Below are positions 34,901 to 47,824 of a stretch of DNA of 64,000 bases, in pieces (position 1 is the stretch's first letter; each line of letters opens with the position of its first letter). The notes beneath the pieces were generated by a model. It did no database searches, was not told where the DNA came from, and worked only from the letters and a program-made list of their open reading frames with translations. Origin of the DNA: Takakia lepidozioides. Lineage: Eukaryota > Plantae > Bryophyta. The stretch lies in assembly GCA_030704615.1 (NCBI GenBank), contig CM060733.1, forward strand, positions 49,228,001 to 49,292,000, read 5' to 3'. The position numbers were made by a program, and so were the translations under genes.

Positions 34901-35672
34901 GGTAGTACCTTGTAATCTTTTCATCTCCTCTACCAGTGCGTTGTACATTATGTCCGCCCATGGTACCTCTTGTCCTTCAAGCCTTTGAGGATTTCCTCTG
35001 TGAAGGATCTGCTCAAATATTGTTGGTTCTGTTTCAGGGCAATCAGAACGTTCAATACTTGGCCTATGTCTTTTAACCCTGGGTACACAGCTTTGGTACA
35101 AGCATAACCCTGAGTTTTAAAGAAACTCCCTTCTTGGAATAAATCCCCTATTTGCAGTCTTTCCCTGTGTTCCTCCACATACACATGACCTGCTGGCAAT
35201 CGAAACAATTGCTGGAGGTATAGGGGAGTAATCATTAATTCAACTCCCTTCACCGTTGTTGTTCCTGTCTTTGGCTCAAAGTTCTGCAAAAATTGTAACA
35301 TGTACTGTCTATGGTGTAGTGTCCAATCCATGCTTTGCAATCCTTCCAATCTCAGCTCCTTCAGTATCTTTATCGCCTGTGGGGTAGCCATCGTTTGTTT
35401 CTGCAGAATTGTGGTGCTCTTCACCCTGATTTCCTCCATTCCTCTCACTCTCTTCATCTTAGACTCACAGAACTGCTTTGGCTGTAACAACTGCAGGAAT
35501 GCCTGTAGTGCACAAAGCAGAAACGTATGGTTGCCGCAGAAAGCTATGGGTAATCTCTTGTAAGCCTGCGGGGCTTGCAAGCATTGTCAAGAGAAAAGCT
35601 CTGCTCTTTCGTTTCGTGTCTCTGCCATTGCGTAAGTAATATTGCGAGCGTATAGTCTGTTAGTTCCTCCAT
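31909..35672 (-). pseudogene. Extra sense-strand 3' ORF (~1,250 aa, frameshifted): plant-transposon-protein-like N-terminus, coiled coil, unknown C-terminal domain
   Basis: MLQFLQNF...TVKGVELMITPLYLQQLFRLP...VPWADIMYNAL resembles Athila/SIRE extra-ORF (Transposase_32-like) motifs; long Q/E/K heptad region. Confidence 0.75.
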
Positions 35673-36077
35673 AGTTTCCAAGTTATAGCATTTATGGCCT
35701 GTCCTGTCGAGACGCCCGTTACTCAGAACGACGCCGCCTCTTGCGCTAATTTCCCTCCATTTTCTTGATCATTTCTCTGGTTTTCTATTGGCTGTATCCG
35801 CTGTGACTGTATTTTAACTTTTATCTTCTTTAGTGGACTTTCCCTGTTGGATAGTCCACTAGGATCACACATGCGACATGAATTCAGTTTTTCTGTACTT
35901 GCCGTTCGTTCTGTTTCCCTTTTTCCGTATTCATTAATGGCCCGCCTTTCATCCCTTTTGACGGCCGTTCTTGTCCTCTTTCTTTTTGACACCTGTCCTT
36001 GCACTTCATTCTCTGCTGTGTGTCGCACCCTGACCTCCACGTGTCTATTTTTAAAGTAATTTCCGTTTCTTCTTCCT

Positions 36078-39000
36078 TCAGCCATTTTCCTGAAGTTTTA
36101 TGTGTCCACTTGTCACTGATTCTATGGATCGTGTAACTTTAGTAGGCTGTGTTGAGCTGTGACAGGCTGTGTCATACTGTGTTACGCTGTGATAGGCTGT
36201 GTTGCACTGTGGTAAGCTGTGATAGGCTGTGACACGCTGCGGTAGGTTGTGATAGGCTGTGTCACGCCGTGATGGGTTGTGATAGGCTGTGTCACGCCGT
36301 GATGGGCTGTGATAGGCTGTGTCACGCCGTGATGGGCTGTGATAGGCTGTGTCACGCCGTGATGGGCTGTGATAGGCTGTGTCACGCCGTGATGGGCTGT
36401 GATAGGTTGTGTCACGTTTGTTTTGCCCACCCCGGTCATATATACTGGGCCTAGCGACAAGTGTTCCATACTCCGTTCGTAACACTGGTGCAGCCCGTGA
36501 CTGCTCTTGCGGTTCAACATGCAAATCATGCTGCAGGGGTTTGTCATGGATACCACTGTACCCCTTCAACTTATTTGCATTGACTCTTCCCAGTATTTCT
36601 TTGTTAATGGTTTGTAACATGGCTGTGTTGTTATCATACATCTTTTGTATGACATAAGGTCCTTTCCATGGTGATTTAAGCTTAGAAGCTTGAATCTTTC
36701 CTTTCTTTTGCAACCATAGAACCAAATCCCCGTCTTAAAAGTCTTTAACTTGCCTTCATCAAACTGTTCCTTTCTTCATCTGAATTCTGGTCATATTATC
36801 AGCTGCATCAGCACGTACTTCTTCCACATGGTATAATTCATGTTTCCTGACCTTGATGGAGTCTTGCAATTCCATTCTTTTTCCCCACTCCGTTCTCATG
36901 GTAGGTAACAGGAATTCTACTGGAAGTAAGGCTTCCATACCATAAACTAATTGGAATGGTGTATACTTAGTGGTGACTTTATATGAAGTCCTGTATGACC
37001 ACAAAGCTGTCAGCAGCTTTGTATCCCAATCCGTTCTGTTTGCATTGACTATCTTAGCCAAGATAGTACATAGTATTTTGTTGGTAGCCTCTGCCTGTCC
37101 ATTACCCTGTGGGTAATATGTTGTACTCTTTCTATGCACAATCATAAACTCTTTAGTCAATAACTCAATGGTCTCATTCATGAAGTGACTTCCTTGATCA
37201 CTGATAAATTCTAAGGGACATCCAAATCGTGTAAGTATGTTCTCGTACAGGAACCTTGCTGTGGACTTGGCTGTGTTGTCCCTCAAAGCTTTAGCTTCCA
37301 CCCACTTTGTAGTATAATCAGTGGCTGTAATTATGTACCTGTTCTGTGTATTCTTGGATGGTGGATTAATTGGTCCAACAAAGTCTAGTCCCCATTTCTG
37401 AAATGGTTCCGTAGGCATTGTAGGATGCAAGGCCATTCTTCCAGATCTCTGCAAAGGTCCTAGCCTCTGACATTCATCACACTTCTGACAATACTCATGT
37501 ACATCTTTGAACAAAGTAGGCCACCAGTATCCTGCGAGTAGTATCTTTCTACTGGTAGTCTCTTCTCCAAAATGACCTCCAGCCACTCCTTTATGAACTT
37601 CCTCCAGACTTTATTTACTTCATGGTGGTACAAGCATCGTTTTAGTACCCATCAGGTCCTAACTTATACATTCTGCTTCCTACCATAGTATAAGGTAAAG
37701 CTTTGATAGCGATTCTCTTCCTCTGCTCCTTACCATAACTAGGTGGGCACTGACCATGAGCAAGGTAGTATCTGATTGGCCACTGCCAATCTAACCATTC
37801 ATCTGCACTTCCTTGCACCTCCATTACAAATAAACTCGCATCAGGTAACTGATCGTCCACTCCTGTGGCGGCCTCTCCTGTTGTTAGTCGTGACAAATGA
37901 TCTGCCACAAGATGCAAACGGCCAGGCTTGTAAATAACCTCGAACTCAAACTCATGCAAGATTATTAACCACCTCGCTATCCTTCCACTTATCAAGGTTT
38001 GTTCACCAGATATATCAGAGCCTGGTGATCCACATAAAACATAAACTTTCTTCCCAATAGGTAATGCCTGAATTTCTTCACTGCATAGATCATTGCCAAT
38101 GCTTCTCTTTCCGTTGTGCTATAGTTCCTCTCAGCACTGTTCATCAACCGGCTAGCATAGTACACAGGTGAATCTATATTCCCTGTAACATTCTGGGCTA
38201 ACACCGCTCCCAACGCTTCTCCTGATGCATCGCAGTGAACATGAAATACTACATGCCAGTGAGGGTTAATCAGCACAGGTGTAGTTGTTACTGACAGTGT
38301 AAGTTCCTCAAACGCCTGTTGACATTCAGCTGTCCATGCAAACACTGCATCTTTCTTCAGAAGCTTGCTCAATGGTGCTGCTATTTGTGCATACCTTTTG
38401 ACAAATCTTCTGTAATAACTGGTTTGCCCAAGGAATCTCCTTAAACTCTTAACATTCACTGGTGGTGGAGAGACTTTAATGGACTCTGTCTTCCTGGGAT
38501 CCACAAAAGTCCCTTCTTACACACTATGTGTCCCAGAAGCACCCCTGAGTTCACACAGAAAGTACACTTCTCTGGATTCAAGCCCAGACCTCTCATCCTG
38601 CATCTGGCCAGGCATAACTCCAATTTATGCAAGTGCTCATTCTTAGAGCTGTACACACTGAAATCATCCAAAAACACCTGCATGAAATCATCCAGATACT
38701 CTTGAAAAGATTCACTTATCACTCTCTGAAAGGTCGCTGGTGCATTACAAAGTCCAAAGGGCATGACTTTGTATGCATAAGCCCCCCAGTCTGTGATGAA
38801 AGCTGTTTTCCCTTGGTCTTCTTCTGCCACTTGCACTTGATTATAACCACTGAAGCCATCCATGAATGAGTACATCTCATGGCCTGCCACAGTGTCTAAT
38901 ACTGCTTCTGTGAATGGCAAAGGGAAAGGATCTTTCTTCGTACAAGCATTCAGCTTCTTATAGTTCACACATACTCTTAGTTTGCCATTCTTCTTGGGAA

Positions 39001-42000
39001 CTATAACAATGGGTGACAACCAAGTTGTATACTCTATTGGGTATATAAACTTAGCCTCAGCCAACTTCTTTATCTCTTCTCCAACCTTCTGTGCGTAGTT
39101 GGGATTCATTCTATACCTCGCCTGCTTGATTGGTACTGACCCTGGTTCCAGTTCAATTTTATGCTGACAGACTTCAGGTGGTATCCCTTTTAGATCCTCA
39201 TAGCTCCAAGCAAATACATCTCTGTATTTGATGAACAAGCTTTTTGCTTCTTCGAAGAATTCCGGCTCCAAATCAGCTCCTACTTTCACCATCCTCGGTT
39301 CCTCCTGAGTTCCCACATTTACTTCTCTCACCTGCTCATCAGCTGTGATTGTCCAACCAGTCACCACTTCATCCTGTAAGCTCACAGTGGCTGGTTCTTC
39401 TAGGATTTCTATTTCTCCTTCTCTTCTTCATAGAAATGTGATGGGTAAATGCTGGTTTCTTCTTCAGTTGGTGTTGCTGTCACTACACCACAGCAGATAC
39501 CTCTCAAACAACTTAGGCTTTCCAGCCGCATCTCTGCAACCTGCTCCCACTTCTGGGTGTGCAGCAAATAGGGTAGCTTCCTGCTCCTCATCCAGTCCTC
39601 CCCTCCAGTCATACTCTCTGACTCCTCGAGGTCTTCTTGTAGCAGGTAATCTACTAGATTTCTTTGTGGTAATTTGTATCTCGTGCATCCCATTATGCAC
39701 AGTTAGTAACTGAGAATTCCAGTCATGGAATACCCTGGCCTGTTTCAGCCACGGACGTCCCAATAATAAGGAGTAAGCCTCCATGACTTCATCCATTTTT
39801 AATACAGTTACTGTGATCATAAAGATCATTTTCTGTATCTGTATCTTAACTCCTCTTATTAATCCCAATGGCTGTACACTTCTTTGATCTGCCATTGTTA
39901 CTGTAAATGGGGCTGGTTTCATGTTACTTAGACCAAGCTTCTTCCTTAATTGGTCTGTCATGATATTTACTCCAGAACCACCATCTATCAGTACATCAGT
40001 TAGTTCTGTGCTTCCAATTCTCAATTGGATTACTGGCATAGAATCATCAAAGTCCATGACTGGTTCTCGCCCTTCCGGCTTCACATTATAACTGGTCACC
40101 TTGCTGTTCAGGTCTGTGTTTCCTGTCTCTTGGGCAATTCGATTGATTGCCTGATACAGCCTGTGCCTACAATAAGGTGCCACAGCTAATAGCTGTCCAA
40201 TGGTAATTTCTGCTTTGGTCTGACATATTACTTCAGCCAAAGTCTCTTCATTACTTTGCATGTCTGCATCTTCTTTTTCCTTTCTTTCTTCCTCACTCCC
40301 CTCTTTTTCTCCATCCGAATCAGAGGAATCTGCCACAGGAATATCAGTACTCTTTTGCATTTCCCTTATAGTATCTGCCACTTCCTTGTGCAGTTCCTTC
40401 TCATCTTTCCAAGTCTCTTCATCTTCAGGCATATCATTGCCACTTCCAGTCTCATCTTCTTCCTCTTCTACTGGAGGTATTAGTTTGGCTTTACTTCTTG
40501 TTACTATCATTGTACTTACTTCTGGTACAACACATGGCCTAACCATGTGAGCTGCCACCACTGGGCCCTCATTCACAGGAGCTCTCATCTCATTCTGGTG
40601 TCTTATCCAGAATGAACAGGCTGCCTTGCGATGTCCTGGCTGATTACAATAGTAACATAGCTCTTCACCATTGGGTCCTCGCCCTTGGTCTGGTCTTGGA
40701 TTATTTCTATAATCCTGATTCCCGGGCTGGTAATTCCCCCTTGGATTACCCTGATAGTTGCCTCTGGAATTTCCTTGGTAATTCCCTCTTGAATTACCTC
40801 TCCCTTCCATGCCATTGTTATAACCACCAGACCTACCATAGTGGTCCTGATCATTGTTTCTTCTTCTTGCTGGGGCTGCACCTGATGCACCCTCACTTGC
40901 CTAGGTTCTCTTGCAGCTGTCCTTCTGTTGTAGTAACAATTCTCAGTAGAATGGTTATCCATTTTACAGATAGTACAGTGTTTCTCCTTCATGTGGCATT
41001 CTGTAGTGGTATGGCCTTCATTCTGGCACTTTGCACACCATACACCCTTCCTCCAATGTGTTGCAGCCTCTGTGGCATACTTCTTCAAGATTTCTTCCAA
41101 TCTTTTCTCATAGTTATCCCTCTTCAACTTTTCCTTTCTCTTACTCTTTCTTTTTAGTTCTTGCTCTTCTTCTTCATCTGACTCATCTTCAGAGTCCTCA
41201 TCTTCCTTTTTCTCTCTCCTGAGCATTCCCAATTGCTCAATTCTGTTTGCAGTTTCAAATGCCTCCTCCACTGTATTATGGGGTAACATATCCACTTTCT
41301 TCTGCAACTCTGGTCTTAGTCCACTCACAAACCAAGTCTTCTGTAAACCGGGTGCTGGTACTGCAGCCAGCTTTTTCATCATCAATTCCATCTTCTCCAT
41401 ATACTCTTCAACAGTTTCATGCTTCTTCTGCTTCAGCTGTTGTAAACTTCCATACACTTCATCCTCAGTTTTACTTGTCCTGAACCTATTTCGAAATGCT
41501 GTATTCAAGCCATTCCAGGTTAGGAAATGATTATCAGGGAATCTTGCATACCATTCACTTGCTTTCTTGATAAGTGAACAAGGAAACAGTCTCATCTTGG
41601 CATCATCGCCATTCTCATTGTTCACTATACACATGTGCTCAAATTGGCTAATGTGTACATCGGGATCCCCTTTCCTGAATATATTGGAAAGGGTGGTTTT
41701 GCCCGTGTTGGTTGTAACGCCATCTGTGGCCCTACCTTCTGCCCACTGACAGGTGCTGGCACCCTTGCTGGTGCTGGTCCTTCTGGACCTGTTGTTTTTG
41801 TGGTGGATCTTCCACCAAGTGGTGGCCCTTGAGCACTCCCTGCTTCTGGCCCCACGATATTCACAGTATTCCCAGCTTCAGTTGCACTACTTCCCACACT
41901 CCCTGTCCCCCCAGAGCCAGATCCAGGCAGCCCGCCTGATCCCCCTGAGCCGACACCTTCGTTGGCCTGTGATCCAAGTGCTCCACTTGATCCAGGTCCA

Positions 42001-42553
42001 ACGGGTTGGGATGTCCTGGTTGTAGTCTCAACCTCAGCTGTTGGGTCTACTTCTTCATATTCTTCCTCTTCCAATTTCTTCTCTCTGTTTTCATCCTCCA
42101 AGTTCTGCCCTGGGTTTCTTCTTCACTCATGTAACTCAACTGTAATGGTGTTGGAGAGTCTGAACTCTCCGTTGGCTCTGCCACATCCTCATCTCCTTCT
42201 TCATCTTCTGCTTCAGAAACTGGAGTTCCTGCTTTTGGTGTTCCATGCCAACTCTTATCAAAGATTTCTGTCAAGTCTTTTATCCAAGGATGTACCTCAG
42301 ATCTTTCACCTCGTGATTGATCTTCTTCCTGTACCAATTCCCTTAATCTTTCTTGCAAAGAAACAGAAGGAGTGGCATCCAACTCTAGTTCTTCCGGTAT
42401 AGGTGATGCACTTTTTGATCTTGATGGTGTGAGAGGTCCAGATGATTCCCCTATGTCTATTCCTCTCTCCCAAAGATATGGATAATTAGCTTTCAGATAG
42501 CTTTCTCTTTTTGATGAATATCTTTGTCGTCTAGCTTCTCTTTCTCTCATCAC
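36078..42553 (-). pseudogene. gag-pol (gag, 3 CCHC knuckles, protease, RT, RNase H, integrase) broken by multiple 1-bp frameshifts
   Basis: RLFPCSL..ASEWY (gag); CAKCQNEGHTTTEC, CTICKMDNHSTENC, CYYCNQPGHRKAAC; LIDGGSGVN (protease); VFLDDF; WGLDFVGP. Confidence 0.95.
36195..36416. repeat. In-frame 30-bp tandem repeat at the pol C-terminus (RRDTAYHSPS)n
   Basis: GTCACGCCGTGATGGGCTGTGATAGGCTGT about 5-6 times; fewer units at 25575-25715. Confidence 0.9.
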
Positions 42554-42578
42554 TCATGTCCCATGTCTTTCATTTCTT

Positions 42579-43274
42579 TTAATGTGGCAATAACCAAAAC
42601 TCTCTTCTGTAATATCTCTCGTATATGCCTGGATTTCTTTCAAGCTTCAATGCACCCTTGGCTATACTTGAAGTCTCCGTTACCATATAACCATATGGCA
42701 AACAAGTCTGAAAAGCTGTTCTTGGTGTGAGTTTGATCCACAAAATATCCTTTGGAATCCAATTCTTTACCAGTACAAGCTCTTCATGCATATGAGTATA
42801 AACATTCACCTTTCTTTCTTCCCAGCCTTCAAACTCTACTCGTTTAATGGATAGCAACGCTATCACATAAACTAATGTTGGTAACCAACGTGCTCTTCCT
42901 CTACAGGCTACCTGATAAATCTTTATCACTCCTTTCTCCAGACCCCATTCTGGATCAGCATCATGCACTCGTTTAAGAATATTTTCTTTACATCCGTCTG
43001 GCAATTCCAAGAACCTTTGAAAGAATTGTTTGGACAATCTTTCTTCCTTCGTTCCACAGGGAATTTGATTCACTTCAAATTCTCTAATGGTCCAACCACC
43101 ATGATCCCACCAGATGCCTGTCACATCTGGTTGTTCATGTCCCAGTTCCCCAGTATGGTCGCCAAATGTCGCGCGGCTTTTACTCACCCATCCCTTCGCT
43201 ATCCGAGGCGGAAACTCCAAGATAGAAGAGTTGGAAATCTTTAAGTACTCAGCCCGCGCAGAACAATCAGTCAT
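42579..43274 (-). CDS. Putative extra 5' ORF upstream of gag, starting within the LTR
   Basis: 231-aa ORF with ATG at 43274 inside the 5' LTR, reading through the PBS; no recognisable domain. Confidence 0.4.
   Translation of the reverse strand: MTDCSARAEYLKISNSSILEFPPRIAKGWVSKSRATFGDHTGELGHEQPDVTGIWWDHGGWTIREFEVNQIPCGTKEERLSKQFFQRFLELPDGCKENILKRVHDADPEWGLEKGVIKIYQVACRGRARWLPTLVYVIALLSIKRVEFEGWEERKVNVYTHMHEELVLVKNWIPKDILWIKLTPRTAFQTCLPYGYMVTETSSIAKGALKLERNPGIYERYYRREFWLLPH
43147..43164 (-). promoter_or_regulatory. Primer-binding site, tRNA-Arg-like
   Basis: TGGCGACCATACTGGGGA, 2 nt after the LTR end; similar to the Tat/Ogre tRNA-Arg PBS. Confidence 0.8.
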
Positions 43275-44196
43275 GACCTACAGCTAGTGTATCATGGGGG
43301 TGTTTCCTATTTGTTTCCTTCTCCGCATTCATCTTAGCTACCTTACCATTGATAATTAAGTATCAGTTTGCTTCATCAATTTATCGGTTTCCTTAACTCC
43401 TCCATTCAATCCACAGCTTCACTTAGATCTCTCTACATAGTGTGATTGTATCGTATAAGTATCAGATTATGATTTATCAGGTATCAGGCCGAAGCCATTG
43501 TGTCTCTATTCTCCTCTACAATATCCCTACAGCTTTGCATATAACAAGCATCTACTAATCCTCTTTCCTCCTTCATCGTGCTCACCGACTTCCGCTCCCG
43601 TATGACTCCCAAATCCTCCTTCCCCGAATAATCCCCCTCATCATTCCCCGTTCTCCCCTTTATCCTCCTATCCGCGGTTCTAACCGTTTCCCTCTCTAAC
43701 CGTCGTATGTGAATTAACATGTTCCCTTCACAGGTGTTGTTCCCCACAGTCGTTCCCTGTCCTACTCTTCGTTCCCTATTATCGTGACAGCTGTGTCAAG
43801 CGGTGACTGGCTGTGTTTGGCTGTGTCGGGCTGTGACTGGCTGTGTGGCTGTGCGGGCTGTGACTGGCTGTGTGGGCTGTGTGGGCTGTGACGACTGTGA
43901 CGGGCTGTGTGGGCTGTGACGGCTGTGTGGGCTGTGTGGGCTGTGACGACTGTGACGGGCTGTGTGGGCTGTGACGGCTGTGTGGGCTGTGTGGGCTGTG
44001 ACGGCTGTGTGGGCTGTGTGGGCTGTGACGACTGTGACGGGCTGTGACTGCTGTGTCGGCTGTGTGGGCTATGTAACCCCCCTCTACAGTGCGCTGCTGT
44101 CACCCCTAAGGTTTTTGTTTGTCTCAGTCTGTGCAAAAATTAAGGGTACCCTACAGATCCCGTATAAGTGTCTAAGTCCCCTACAGTCCTCTAACA
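43167..44196 (-). repeat. 5' LTR
   Basis: Near-identical to 30885-31870; the length difference lies in the GGCTGTG array. Confidence 0.97.
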
Positions 44197-44201
44197 GTTC
44201 G

Positions 44202-47200
44202 ATACCACCTGAAACCGGGGTCGGTTTTTTTGGAGGAGGAAAGGAAGGACTCTAACGGCCTTGTTGTCGAGAGTATTGTTGTGCTCCACGATGGGCCAGG
44301 AATGGCGAGTTCCACCATCGGACAGCGTCATATACAGGGCTGTTGGGGACTTCATTTGCCCGCCAAATGCACCTTCTATCCTGGCGCCTTCCACAAAACA
44401 ATCCGCGAATCAGAGAGTGGCTACCTCAAAGAGAGAAGTCCGCAACGAAGTAAATCCAGAGCCGAACCCATCCATGCAGACGAGCGAGAACCGGGTTGTT
44501 CACAACCTGTCCGACTCAGACGAGGTCATGGAAGTTCTGAGGTCGTCTTGGAGATCAGGCAAGTCCTCAATGGACGTTAGTGGAGGAGGGAGTCATATTC
44601 CCAGCACGAGCACCGCAGTTCGATCTATTCTTGAAATTCTGCGAGGGCTTCACCTGGAGGGACACCGGTCGGAGCTGGCCGGGCTGGACTATAGCAAGTT
44701 TGCAATTAAATCGGTTACATGCCTTCCCGCCAACGTCGACAGTAATATCTTCTTTGAGTTCCCTCCTCGGGCGGACTACTCGAGGGCATCCGCAATGTTG
44801 ACAGATATGGATAGAAAACATGACGGTCATCCTTGGTGCGTTACCAAAACCACCAGCATGAAGATGCTCGATGGTGTGCGGGTGCGCTACGTTGTTTGTG
44901 CGGGCGCGTTGCGGTGTTTCTCCCCAACTTGCTTCCACTTTAAATCCAGAGGTCACAGGAACGAGACCGATTGGACAGGCACAGCTCATCAACCATTTTG
45001 AGCTCAGGAGAAGGTTCCGAACTCCACATTTAAGTGTGCGCATTGCAAAGAACCACCACACTGCATGTCTGTTTGTAATGCCAAGCAGTTCTATGTGTTG
45101 CACCGTTTCCCTGACCTCACCCGAGCTTGCATACACGTTGGATCCCATTGTCACAAATTGGCGAGGGGGAACTCGCGGGAGGCTGCCCACGAGGCAGAGC
45201 AGCTCGTTCAGGAGGAGGTTAAGTTGAGACCGGGTGCCAAACCCAAACAGATACAGCTCCAAGCCGCCCATAAGATGGCATTGGCCAGAATTATGTCGGA
45301 AGACGGCTCCGACAGAGTTCCTCTCGATGACAAGGAAATGGAGGCATTGCTGGAGTCGGTGTCCCACGTCTGTTCACCGAATGTCCGAAACCACATTGTG
45401 TCATGCAAACAGAAAATTGGGCGTGGCTCGGATATGCACTCCATTCTGGAGGTGAAGCGACGATGTGGATATGACTACATTCATGGAAGTCGGTTTCCAG
45501 GACAAGGGACTGAGGTAGATCGTTGTTTCGTATTCAAAATGTCCACGTGTGGACCTGGCAGCGGCGTCGAACTGGTCCACAGGATGACGAGTGGGGACTT
45601 GTCAAACAGTTGGGGTCATGTTCGACCATATCAAGCGAATTACAAATCACCAGTGGGTGACAATGGGTGCACATGTCTACGACACCCACTGCAGGATGCT
45701 AATGACAATTGCTATTTGTGAGATGAAAGGAGAGGACACACAATCGGAGATGCTTTTTTGGCAAGGAATAAACGAACAGATGGCCAAGGCGGGATTGCCC
45801 CCTCCCAATTTCCGTGGTTTCATGGCGGACAACGCACAAGCAAATTGGGCTGCCATCCGAAGGGTGTACGGGGAAGACCCCAATGTTCCCATGGAAGGCA
45901 AGGAGAGATCTTGTGGGTTCCATTTTCTGCAGAGCCTTTCGCAGTACACAACCAGGCTCGTGGCGCCAGATTTCAGAGAGGAGCACCATTCCATGTGCCT
46001 TGCGTGGAAGCGCGCCCCCACCTTGGATGATGCAGAGACACAGTTTGCATGTATACGGGCTTGGTGGACATCATCAGGTGCTGTAAGGAAATCAGACGAG
46101 GGAGCAATGGTCAGTTGGCTAGCATGGTGGCATTATCGTTTCCTCCAAATTAGCGACTATATGCGGGAGGTGAGTTGCACGAATTCGCGTCCCGTTGAAT
46201 ATTATTCTTGGCCATATTTGTAACTTGCTTGTGACCTCAACATGTGTTTGTGCAGGAAATGTGTCTCAACTCCGACACCGACATGCCCACGACAAACATG
46301 GCCAAATCAGTGCACTCTTCCTGGCGTGCCTCCTCTGCGGCGCATCTGGTGGACATCCTCACTGCCACAACGGAGGACATTGTGAGGTCAATTATGCAGC
46401 AAAGCAGGTACAACGAGTTCTTGAAAGGGAAACAGTGGGGCTTGGGGCCGGATAGGCAGGAAATGCTGATGCAGACTGCCTCTAGATCGAAGAATCCTCG
46501 GAAGTGGGCGGCGGCCTTGCGAGAGGGCCTTCGGGACACGCCATTGCTGCGAAGAGGCCAACATTTGGAAGGAGATGTTCATACCCGTCCAGTGAGACGA
46601 AGACTTGACGAGGCACCTGGCGGAGAAGAGGATTCATGGCGAGCTGACAAGAATATTCGCACGCTCCCTCGTGGTCCGGTGATGTTGCCCGAGGAGGTCT
46701 CGTCGAGCACCGCAAGTCCTGCACGTTCAAGATCGCCATCTCCTTTGAGCACAGGGCGCGTGCCCCGGCAACATAACGAGCCATCTGTAGTAAAGCAGTA
46801 CAACATTCCCATTGTGGAGACAAGAGTGTCGGAGTCACAGTGGAGAATTGCGAGGACATTGCCGGCATTTCGAGGGAAGTGCTGCGCCATCCGGGTGGAT
46901 ACGAGAGCACGCTGTGGTGAGATGATTCGGGGGAACCCACACGGTGTTGTACCTGCACCTTGTTTCAGCGGCAAATTTTTGACTCCCACATTTGCTCACG
47001 CCACAACGCAGACATTTTGGTTCTGTAGGCACGACATAATGACCTGTGTATTTGGCAAGCCCAAGTACGGGATTCAGGGAATGCCGGAGCCTCCGGGCGT
47101 CTGGCCTGTTGCACCGGGTTGCAGCCTCTCTCAGAATGAGGCGGATGCTCTATCTGCAACAAGATTTCGAATGGTGCAACGCACAGACATCCCGGCCCAC

Positions 47201-47674
47201 GCATTTCCGGTTCCTCAGACCCAGCCATTGCAGACTGCTTGGTCCAGTAGAGACGGATTGGACAATTCTGCACATCCCACAATGCAATTCGGAAGAGTGA
47301 AGAGACGACACCCTCCCAACAAGTTGAATGAGACTCGGATTGCCAATGCTCTTGGGATGGCTTGCACTATTCAGAGCTCCGTGGACGTACCCCCACCCGG
47401 CCTTGCGCGTGTGTATCGGATGGCAACGGCCGGCTCGGCTGTACGCGACGATGTATACACAATTACGATTGGAGTGGAGCCGACTTGCAATTGTACGGAC
47501 TTCTCATTGATGGAAGCAAAGAAGGGTTCGAAGTATTATCCGTGCAAGCATCTGTATTACATTTACCTGAAGAGGTTGAGGATGAACGTGACTATTGATA
47601 ACTTTATTCATGCACCGGCGTTGAGCGTGAACGAGCTGCACAAACTCCTCCTTAGGGATTCCAGAAATCATTGA
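44202..47674 (+). pseudogene. MULE transposase copy B (starts at ATG 30776, split by the gypsy insertion; frameshifts near 45000 and 45615; catalytic Glu appears as Lys)
   Basis: HDGHPW..CAGALRCFSPTC..HVGSHCH; MFDHIKR, FMADNAQ, CGFH, TTNMAKSVH; SWIM CNCTDF..CKHL; intron 46170-46255 at the same position as in the 12013 gene. Confidence 0.88.
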
Positions 47675-47824
47675 TGGGGCAAAGGGAATCCTCCATATGG
47701 ATATTTTCAATTGCATTTTGCTATATCAGACCTTTTTTTGCAGTGTAATGAAATGCACCCCAAAACTCCTGGAATGAGGCAATATTCCATTCAAACTGAG
47801 ATCCAACAGAAGCAGTTGTGGGGC

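Larger units (their letters stand above)
30885..44196 (-). mobile_element. Full-length Ty3/gypsy (non-chromovirus, Athila/Tat-side) LTR retrotransposon, 13.3 kb
   Basis: LTRs 30885-31870 and 43167-44196; TSD GTTCG at 30880-30884 and 44197-44201; empty site visible in copy A near 419-423; PBS and PPT present. Confidence 0.97.

Noticed and set aside
31909-35672. True retroviral envelope gene
   Set aside because: No clear signal peptide, fusion peptide or transmembrane anchor is visible; kept as an extra ORF of unknown function.
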